The notes under the pieces are model-generated. The model was not told where the DNA came from. It did no database searches and saw only the letters and a program-made list of their open reading frames with translations. Shown here piece by piece: positions 57,147 to 64,000 of a stretch of DNA of 64,000 bases. Origin of the DNA: Dehalococcoidia bacterium UBA6627 (GTDB lineage Bacteria; Chloroflexota; Dehalococcoidia; UBA2979). Each line of letters opens with the position of its first letter. Within the stretch, counting starts at the first letter, position 1. Position numbers and translations under genes: made by a program. The DNA lies in the NCBI GenBank assembly GCA_002455955.1, contig DKLZ01000075.1, positions 9,837-73,836 of the forward strand, in the 5' to 3' direction.

Positions 57147-57962
57147 CTACTCAAGTAGTTGAGCTGGCTCAAGAGCGAATTCTGCAATCATCTCGTCAGC
57201 ATAGGTAATCCGACCTGAAAGTTCTTCGGCTGAACTGTAGGAAAGGCGAAGGCATGCCTCTGCCATATCTTCTACAGGAGTAACCCGATCTCGATTAGAG
57301 TCGTTGATCAGTTTGTGATAGACAACTCCAGGCGTTGCTACTAAACCCGGAGAAATAACGTTGACACTCACGTTATCAGCGTAGACCTCGGAAGCGAGTC
57401 CAGTGGTAAAGCGCTCTAGTGCGGCCTTCCCCATCCCGTAAACGGTGCCACCTCTTCCAGCGACAGTTACGTCTGGATGAATTGCAGCGTGGGAAGAAAT
57501 GTTGACAATCCATCCGGTCTTGCGCGCACGCATCGCCGGCAGCACAAGTTGAGACAAATGAAACGGTGCGTAGACTTGCACCTCATTCATCAGCATATAG
57601 CGGCGCTCTGGAAAATCTACAACCGGGATAAAGAAGGTCACCGCCGCATTGTTTACCAGAATATCAACCGGTCCGTAGGTACTCTCAGTCATTTTGATCA
57701 GGTCTTCACGATCTTCCCGACTGGCGAGGTCTGCTCTGACGGCAACAGCTTCTCCCCCAGCATCATTGATCCGCTTAACGACACTGTTGATACTGCCAGA
57801 TAAAGGATGGTCACCTTCCTCAACAGTGCGTGCGGAAACGACTACATGAGCACCCTCCTGGGCATAACGCAGAGCAATCGCCTCACCAATCCCGCGAGAA
57901 GCGCCAGTAACTACGGCAACTTTGCCAGCTAACAAACCATTACTGTTGATCGATGCAGGCAT
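57147..57962 (-). CDS. Short-chain dehydrogenase/reductase
   Basis: GKVAVVTGASRGIGEAIA, NNAAV, YGMGKAAL. Start at MPASINS; the longer track ORF is unlikely. Confidence 0.85.
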   Translation of the reverse strand: MPASINSNGLLAGKVAVVTGASRGIGEAIALRYAQEGAHVVVSARTVEEGDHPLSGSINSVVKRINDAGGEAVAVRADLASREDREDLIKMTESTYGPVDILVNNAAVTFFIPVVDFPERRYMLMNEVQVYAPFHLSQLVLPAMRARKTGWIVNISSHAAIHPDVTVAGRGGTVYGMGKAALERFTTGLASEVYADNVSVNVISPGLVATPGVVYHKLINDSNRDRVTPVEDMAEACLRLSYSSAEELSGRITYADEMIAEFALEPAQLLE

Positions 57963-58303
57963 GCAGATACTCCTGTGTGTTCGTGTAGGAACGCAAAGGT
58001 CAGCGTTCTTTTGACACCTTCTATAACACGTAGCTCCGGATCTGTAGTGAAATGTCGTAGTCAAAACTCAAGTCTCCTCGGGTCGAGTCGGTTTTTGAAC
58101 CAAGCTAATGAGACCTACAGCAACGATGACTAGGTCAGCACTATGAGAAATGATCCGTCTTAGTCACCAACATGCTCGAAATAAAGCACCGGGAGTAATG
58201 GCTGTTTTCAATCTGCTCTCGCCAATACCCATAAGAAAGACGAGCCATAATCAGTGTTCCCAACCAGATCCGCATAACCGCCCAAGCAGAAAATCAAGCT
58301 ACG

Positions 58304-59542
58304 ATGCTCAGAATGATGCACTCGGCTGAACGCGTCGAAGGTACGATTCGCCAGTGGCGCAACCTAGTGCTTCTTGCTCTAGCTGAGCTACTTGGCATGA
58401 CACTCTGGTTCAGCTCTTCAGCGGTTGGTCCTAGTATCCAAGACGATTGGGACCTGTCCTCTGCTAGTGCAGCTGGGCTAATTATGGCTGTTCAAATTGG
58501 CTTTGTAGTAGGCACATTCACTAGTGGCATATTCAACCTTCCTGACAGGATCAGCAGTAGAAAACTTTTTGCAATAAGCGTTGCTTTGGGTGCTGTATCT
58601 AATATTTGCTTCACCACGATCGCAGATGGACTTTCAACAGGAATTGTTTTCCGATTCATAACAGGAATCTTTCTCGCCGGAGTCTATCCACCAGGCATCA
58701 AGATAGCCGCCTCTTGGACACAAAAGCATCGCGGCGTAGCTGTCGGTCTGCTGGTAGGTGCACTCACTATAGGATCTGCATCTCCTCATCTAATCCGTTC
58801 AATAATTGATTTCGACTGGCAGTACGTCGTTCTCGTTTCATCTGGATTAGGTTTCGCCGGGGGACTTATCGTGCTCCTGCTCGTAGAAGAAGGACCCTTC
58901 TCGGCATCTGGAGCGAAATTTGACCCGCGATTCATAATCCGAATGGTCAAAACACCAGCGCTTCGTCTCGCTAATCTCGGATACCTAGGTCACATGTGGG
59001 AGCTCTACGCGATGTGGACTTGGATCCCCGTGTTCTTGCATGAATTGTTAATTGCCAAAGGAGGAACAGCAACTGATGCGAGCATTCTCACGTTTTGTGT
59101 AATTGCTGCCGGTGGTGCAAGCTGCGTCGGTGCAGGTGTCGTGGCAGATCGCTGGGGTCGAACGGCCACCACGAGCACACTCATGGCCATAAGCGGGGGC
59201 TCGGCCATAGCAGCTGGTTTGCTGCACGGTGCTCCGCTTCCACTCATCATCCCTGTGCTATTTATTTGGGGACTAACAATCATCGCAGATTCAGCACAGT
59301 TCTCTGCTGCAATATCCGAACTCAGTCCCCCGGAATACGTTGGATCCGCACTAACACTTCAAACAAGTATGGGTTTTCTACTCACTCTGGGATCAATCCA
59401 ATTAGTACCACTGATAACAGCCTCGATGGGTTGGACTGGTGCGTTTTTACTGCTCGCAATTGGACCTGTCGTCGGGATAGTAGCAATGATTGGACTGCGA
59501 CAACTCCCTGAGTCACTCGCATGTGCCAACGGCAAGCGTTAG
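58304..59542 (+). CDS. MFS transporter
   Basis: About 12 TM segments. RFITGIFLAGVYP loop motif. Confidence 0.8.
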   Translation: MLRMMHSAERVEGTIRQWRNLVLLALAELLGMTLWFSSSAVGPSIQDDWDLSSASAAGLIMAVQIGFVVGTFTSGIFNLPDRISSRKLFAISVALGAVSNICFTTIADGLSTGIVFRFITGIFLAGVYPPGIKIAASWTQKHRGVAVGLLVGALTIGSASPHLIRSIIDFDWQYVVLVSSGLGFAGGLIVLLLVEEGPFSASGAKFDPRFIIRMVKTPALRLANLGYLGHMWELYAMWTWIPVFLHELLIAKGGTATDASILTFCVIAAGGASCVGAGVVADRWGRTATTSTLMAISGGSAIAAGLLHGAPLPLIIPVLFIWGLTIIADSAQFSAAISELSPPEYVGSALTLQTSMGFLLTLGSIQLVPLITASMGWTGAFLLLAIGPVVGIVAMIGLRQLPESLACANGKR

Positions 59543-59813
59543 CTAATCGTAGAATCCGGAAGTACGCGAATCGGAGCAGACATTTCCTGAGGAAAAGCTC
59601 CTCGGTAACGAGGACCTAGCCTCCGTGTAGCAACGACACTACCTTGCATCCCAGAAATTAACCTGAAGGCGAAAAGCTACTGTCCTCGATATGCTAGTGC
59701 ACCTAAACTGAAGTTGGACTCCAAAAAGTCCAACTCAACGTAACCAAAACTCTCGCAGTCAATCGTCACAACGCGAATGACTCCGAGATCGACACCAGAT
59801 CAGGGGGTATAGA

Positions 59814-60725
59814 ATGGCGAATCGACTCGAGGGAAAAGTAGCAATCGTGACAGGGGCCGGGCGTGGCATCGGTCGCGGCGAGGCACTTGCCTTAGCGAAA
59901 GAGGGTGCAGCAGTAATCGTTAACGACCTGGGGGTATCAACAGCCGGAGAAGGCTCTGATGTCAGCCCTGCACAGGAGGTAGTTAACGAAATAGAAGCTT
60001 CTGGTGGTAAAGCCATAGCCAACTACATGGACGTCACCAACTACGAAGCTTCAAGTGAAATCGTCAAGGAAGCTCTCGATACCTACGGTCAGCTTGACAT
60101 CGTCGTAAACAACGCCGGAATACTCCGTGACCGGATGGTATTCAACATGACTGAGGATGAGTGGGATGCGGTTGTCGCAGTCCATCTCAAGGGTACATTC
60201 AACATCAGTAAACATGCCGCCGTTTTGTTCAGGCAGCAGCGTTCTGGAAGATTCATTAATACCGGTTCCGAGTCCGGTCTGGGCGCACCAGGACAACCCA
60301 ACTACGCAGCAGCGAAAGAAGGAATTGTCGGGTTGACGCGCTCTCTTGCTGCCGCTATGTCTCGCTATGACTGCACCGCCAACGCAATTCGACCGCGCGC
60401 TGCAACACGGATGACGCTATCCCCTGAAATGGAAGCTGCAAGACAGGCTCGTATCGCACGAGGTGAAGCACGCGACAATGACGAAGAGGGCGGTGGCATG
60501 GCCGCACTTGATCCCAACGTGGTCGGCATGCTGGTCTCGTATCTCGCCTCGGATGAAGCTCAGAATATTAATGGCGGCGATTTCCTAGTCGGTGGGAATG
60601 AAATCGGCATGTTCTCCATGCCAACACTAGTAGGACGGGTTTTCGCAACCGGTGCAGTTTGGGAGCATGACGAAGTATGGGAACGCTTCCCGGAGACCAT
60701 CGGTAAGATCGCAGCAACCGACTAG
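59814..60725 (+). CDS. Short-chain dehydrogenase/reductase (HSD17B4-N-terminal-like)
   Basis: VTGAGRGIGRGEALALAKEGAAVIVNDLG, NNAGI, YAAAKEGIVGL. Confidence 0.85.
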   Translation: MANRLEGKVAIVTGAGRGIGRGEALALAKEGAAVIVNDLGVSTAGEGSDVSPAQEVVNEIEASGGKAIANYMDVTNYEASSEIVKEALDTYGQLDIVVNNAGILRDRMVFNMTEDEWDAVVAVHLKGTFNISKHAAVLFRQQRSGRFINTGSESGLGAPGQPNYAAAKEGIVGLTRSLAAAMSRYDCTANAIRPRAATRMTLSPEMEAARQARIARGEARDNDEEGGGMAALDPNVVGMLVSYLASDEAQNINGGDFLVGGNEIGMFSMPTLVGRVFATGAVWEHDEVWERFPETIGKIAATD

Positions 60726-60799
60726 GATCAGAGTTAAAAAAGGACGGTAGCCAACAATTCCAGAACGTCGATCAAAGGAAATCACAGCAGGAGGGCTGA

Positions 60800-61549
60800 G
60801 TGACATACCGCAGTATGAAAGCGGGAGTTGTAACTTTCCAAGGGCATAACAATGACGAGGTACAAGCCTACCTCGCTCAGCCTGAGGAGAGCGCTCCTAT
60901 AGGTGGCGTGATCTTGCTTCATCACATGCCTGGCTGGGATGAAAGCTCAATCGAAATGACGAGGAAGTTAGCTCATTACGGATATAACGCGATTTGTCCA
61001 GACCTTTTTCATCGCTTTGGCGAAGGTGAACCGGACGAGGTCGCTGCTGTCGCTCGATCTCAGGGAGGTAAAGCTGACGATGAGGCTGTCGGTGACACTG
61101 ATGGAGCTGCAACTTATCTCCGCGAGTTAGCCAACAGTAACGGCAAAGTCGGCATTATCGGTTTCTGCTCAGGTGGTCGCCAAGTCGTTCTCGTCGCATC
61201 ACACCTCGATACCATTGATGCCGCTGTCGACTGTTGGGGCGGCGGTGTGATCGCGGGCGGGAAATGGACGATCAGTGAAAGTCGTCCAGTAGCTCCGATC
61301 GACCTGACCGATAATCTCAATACTCCACTGCTCGGAATTTTTGGTAATGACGATCCAAGCCCGACACCGGAAGAGGTCAATCAGCACGAACAAGCCTTAA
61401 AGGATGCGGGCAAGACTTATGAATTCCATCGTTACGATGGTGCCGGACATGGATTCTTTGACTTTGATAAGCCCGCTTATCGACCGGAACAAGCCCAAGC
61501 CGCATGGGGAGAAATCTTTAAGTGGTACGGCACATATCTGTCGTCTTGA
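60800..61549 (+). CDS. Dienelactone hydrolase family protein
   Basis: Cys nucleophile elbow GFCSGG and C-terminal GAGHGF. GTG start. Confidence 0.8.
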   Translation: MTYRSMKAGVVTFQGHNNDEVQAYLAQPEESAPIGGVILLHHMPGWDESSIEMTRKLAHYGYNAICPDLFHRFGEGEPDEVAAVARSQGGKADDEAVGDTDGAATYLRELANSNGKVGIIGFCSGGRQVVLVASHLDTIDAAVDCWGGGVIAGGKWTISESRPVAPIDLTDNLNTPLLGIFGNDDPSPTPEEVNQHEQALKDAGKTYEFHRYDGAGHGFFDFDKPAYRPEQAQAAWGEIFKWYGTYLSS

Positions 61550-61588
61550 GCTGCTAACGGATAATGCCCGAGAATGAGGAGTGAGCCG

Positions 61589-61861
61589 ATGTGTAATTGG
61601 ATCGTCGAAAAAGCCGAGATGAAGGGGTCCGGAAAAGGACCTGAAGGCTGGTTCGACGTAAATCAAGCCAACGTTTACTTCGATCACCCATATCATGCTC
61701 CGATGGACCATTCACTGATCATCGACTTTGTCGAGACTCCGAATCAGGTTGGGAACCGTGTAGCAGTTGAGTTGAGTGAAGAGTCAGCACGGCGCTTAGT
61801 CACAAGTATTCTTGCTGCCTTAGAATCAGGCACAAACAGCCACATGGCAGTAGTAACCTAG
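61589..61861 (+). CDS. Small conserved hypothetical protein (DUF6295-like, tentative)
   Basis: GAGGAG lies 7 nt upstream of the ATG. MCNWIVEKAEMKGSGKGPEGWFDVNQANVYFDHPYHAP pattern is recalled from an actinobacterial DUF family, unverified. Confidence 0.5.
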   Translation: MCNWIVEKAEMKGSGKGPEGWFDVNQANVYFDHPYHAPMDHSLIIDFVETPNQVGNRVAVELSEESARRLVTSILAALESGTNSHMAVVT

Positions 61862-61880
61862 CTCTAATCTAGAAAGTAAC

Positions 61881-62138
61881 TTGGCCGGGAACAACGCACA
61901 TTCATTCATCAGAGCCACTACCGAAAGTAAGGCAAAGCCGCTGATGCCAGTTGCGCGATGCGAGTTCTGTTCCGTTCAACCTCTTCGTGAAGTGGCAGTC
62001 TCACGCTGGCGTGACAACCCTGAGGATCGGGAACGTCTCACGATATCGCTATGCGCAAAGCATTTGCGACGCGTAACGAAAGCCGGACCAAAAGGCCATA
62101 AACACCTTGGGCAATCTTACAAAGCCGGATTCTGGTAG
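61881..62138 (+). CDS. Hypothetical small protein with CxxC...CxxH arrangement
   Basis: ORF only. CEFC and CAKH could form a zinc knuckle. Start uncertain (TTG 61881 or an internal ATG). Confidence 0.3.
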   Translation: MAGNNAHSFIRATTESKAKPLMPVARCEFCSVQPLREVAVSRWRDNPEDRERLTISLCAKHLRRVTKAGPKGHKHLGQSYKAGFW

Positions 62139-62271
62139 CAACTTCAAACGTCTCACCCGCAACCCACCTTTGCGCAATGGCTTGAACAAACTAAGTAGCA
62201 CTATCCGAAGATGGCAAGTCTTTCTCAGGCATGTTTTCAACAAAACGAAAGACTCGATATCGTTTCCTGCT

Positions 62272-63153
62272 TTATGGCCTTACCAACGGTTGCGGAGGTG
62301 GTGGGTTCGTTCCAGCAATAATGTGATCGGTTCGCGAACGGATGCGATCAAGGGGGACATCAGGGGTGAGGATCCAGAATTGCTCCTCGCGAATCGCGCC
62401 AAGCACCTGTTCAGCGACCTGAGCAGGTGGGAGACCATGAGCAAAGTGAGCATCCCCTTCGGCGATACGTCTTTCGATCTCCTTGGGCGATGGCTGCTCA
62501 CCATCACCCCACAAGTTGTTGGGGCGGTTTCGCCCCGAAGAGAAGATTCGCGTGTTAATGATGCCCGGGCACAGAACTGACGCATGTACTTTAGCGCCGC
62601 GCTCATTCAGTTGGAAAAATAACGACTCGGATATCCTAACCACGGAATGCTTCGTTGCGCCGTAGATACCTGCTGTTGAACCAGCCGCTAAGCCAGCCAT
62701 GGATGCAGTGTTGACCACATGCCCTGGTTCATCCTGCTTGAGCATAATGGGAAGAAAAGTACGGATCCCATACAACACTCCAAAGACGTTTATGCCAAAC
62801 GTCCAATCCCATAAATCTGCCGATTGCTCCCAAAGAGGCGTGTCCCGGTCGCGCACAAAGTCGAGGTCGCCTGCAACCCCGGCGTTGTTACACAACACGT
62901 GCACCCCTCCGTAGGCATCGAGAGTCGCGTCAGCAAGTGCCTGTACCTGATCTGATTTGGACACATCAGCTACAACTCCAGTGACTTCCAACTCTCGCTG
63001 CCTCAAATCAGCTACCGCCTTATTCAGCGCCGGTTCCTCGACGTCTGACAGAACAACTCTCATCCCTTCTTCAGCAAATCGTTCGGCAAATGCATACCCC
63101 ATACCGGATGCAGCACCAGTAACAACCGCCACTTTGCCATCGAAAGCTTGCAT
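62272..63153 (-). CDS. Short-chain dehydrogenase/reductase
   Basis: VAVVTGAASGMGYAFA, NNAGV, YGATKHSV. Confidence 0.85.
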   Translation of the reverse strand: MQAFDGKVAVVTGAASGMGYAFAERFAEEGMRVVLSDVEEPALNKAVADLRQRELEVTGVVADVSKSDQVQALADATLDAYGGVHVLCNNAGVAGDLDFVRDRDTPLWEQSADLWDWTFGINVFGVLYGIRTFLPIMLKQDEPGHVVNTASMAGLAAGSTAGIYGATKHSVVRISESLFFQLNERGAKVHASVLCPGIINTRIFSSGRNRPNNLWGDGEQPSPKEIERRIAEGDAHFAHGLPPAQVAEQVLGAIREEQFWILTPDVPLDRIRSRTDHIIAGTNPPPPQPLVRP

Positions 63154-63531
63154 TCAGAGCTCCTCTTCGTGCGTCAGAAGGAGATCATAGTCTACGAACT
63201 GAATCCTGTGCTCTTCATTTCAAGCTTATGGTACTAGCTTGCCGAATTCTCACGGCAAGCATCGATATCGAAAATCCGAAAGAAAAATTGGATAATTTTG
63301 TTTCCGCAAATGAACTCTTTACTATCCAATGAAATCTAATCTCGGTTGTACTTGGTGCGCCGAGGCGAAGTGTCAGTTACGCTATGAAGGCTGGTCAATG
63401 ATGATTAGCGTCTCTCAGTCCGCTTCTGGTTGTGTCATCCGAACAACACGTCGAGCAACTGAGCATCCCCCGGTTGCCGCGTGCGCGCGGCGTATGTGCC
63501 GGCTCTAGTCCGGCGTGGAGTTCAAGTTTTT

Positions 63532-63933
63532 ATGTCCCAGAGAATCTACGTAGGGAACCTTCCCTATTCATCCTCGGAGGAGGAAGTCGAGCAATTGTTC
63601 GGTCAGTACGGCGAGGTTATCTCGTGCGCGCTGCCGACCGACCGCGAGACCGGCCGCCCGCGCGGCTTTGGCTTTGTCGAAATGTCGAATGAAGATGCAA
63701 CGAAAGCTATTGAAGCTCTTGACGGTACCGATTTCGGTGGTCGATCACTAGCAGTAAGTGAAGCTCGTCCCCGTCAGGACCGCGGCCCGCGTGGCGGCGG
63801 TGGTGGCGGCGGCTACGGCGGCGGCGGCGGCGGCTACGGCGGCGGCGGCGGTGGCGGTGGCTACGGCGGTGGTGGCGGCGGCTACGGCGGCGGCGGCGGC
63901 GGCTACGGTGGCGGACGCGACCGACGCTACTAA
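63532..63933 (+). CDS. RRM-type RNA-binding protein with glycine/tyrosine-rich C-terminal tail
   Basis: RNP-2 IYVGNLPY, RNP-1 RGFGFVEM, tail (G5-8 Y)x5. Start at MSQRIYV. Confidence 0.85.
   Translation: MSQRIYVGNLPYSSSEEEVEQLFGQYGEVISCALPTDRETGRPRGFGFVEMSNEDATKAIEALDGTDFGGRSLAVSEARPRQDRGPRGGGGGGGYGGGGGGYGGGGGGGGYGGGGGGYGGGGGGYGGGRDRRY
63793..63915 (+). repeat. Imperfect tandem GGY-codon repeat (period 21-27 nt) encoding the Gly/Tyr tail
   Basis: Repeated (GGC/GGT)n-TAC units read directly. Lies inside the CDS. Confidence 0.9.
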
Positions 63934-64000
63934 AAAGCAATATCAGGATACCTGAAACCGGAGCGCGGCATTCGCCGCCTATCGGATGGCATCGGCGTTC

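Noticed and set aside
63793-63915. Tandem GGC-rich repeats as a possible CRISPR array or non-coding satellite
   Set aside because: The repeats are in frame within the RRM protein CDS and encode the Gly/Tyr tail. There is no spacer-repeat architecture.

Overview
Densely coding 64-kb chromosomal window, roughly 50-55% GC by eye with lower-GC patches. I call about 68 CDS, 2 tRNAs (Pro-GGG, Ala-GGC) and 1 cobalamin riboswitch. I found no rRNA, CRISPR array, transposase, integrase or phage genes. The gene content includes several family III CoA-transferases, a luciferase-like monooxygenase, many SDRs, amidohydrolases, an XDH-family Mo enzyme and a glycine-rich RRM protein. That mix resembles marine aerobic heterotrophs such as SAR202-type Chloroflexota, but this is inference only and cannot be proven from the window. 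Layout: 0-9 kb holds small-molecule enzymes (PhyH, HAD, GNAT, gamma-CA-like, amidohydrolase, alpha/beta hydrolase, two CoA-transferases). 9-12.3 kb holds an E. coli-type frdABCD operon. 12.9-18.1 kb holds an SDR, an XDH-family FAD/2Fe-2S/Mo trio and a MoaD-like protein. 18.4-24.3 kb holds folP, a DUF2520 gene, a DegT-like gene and nadE. 24.6-37.1 kb is a respiratory supercluster: caa3 oxidase ctaC-D-E-IV lies divergent from a complete System I ccm operon, followed by ctaB. 37.1-38.9 kb holds a GreA-like factor and rsmG. 39.3-43.2 kb is an accessory patch. 46.4-50.0 kb is a riboswitch-controlled corrinoid-type ABC importer. 51.2-63.2 kb is a catabolic cluster. The RRM protein sits at 63.5 kb. 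The most unusual observations are these. (1) Two ~80-nt near-identical inverted repeats copy the first 26 codons of a Yip1-like gene and bracket a 2.9-kb cassette carrying tRNA-Ala and an orphan DNA methyltransferase. (2) An uncharacterised exported protein is translationally coupled inside the ccm operon. (3) A heterotypic CoA-transferase pair recurs as one fused gene whose N-half has His at the catalytic Asp position. (4) A DegT-fold protein has His in place of the PLP lysine. No recognisable defence, toxin or RiPP system is evident, and all functional calls rest on manual motif reading.
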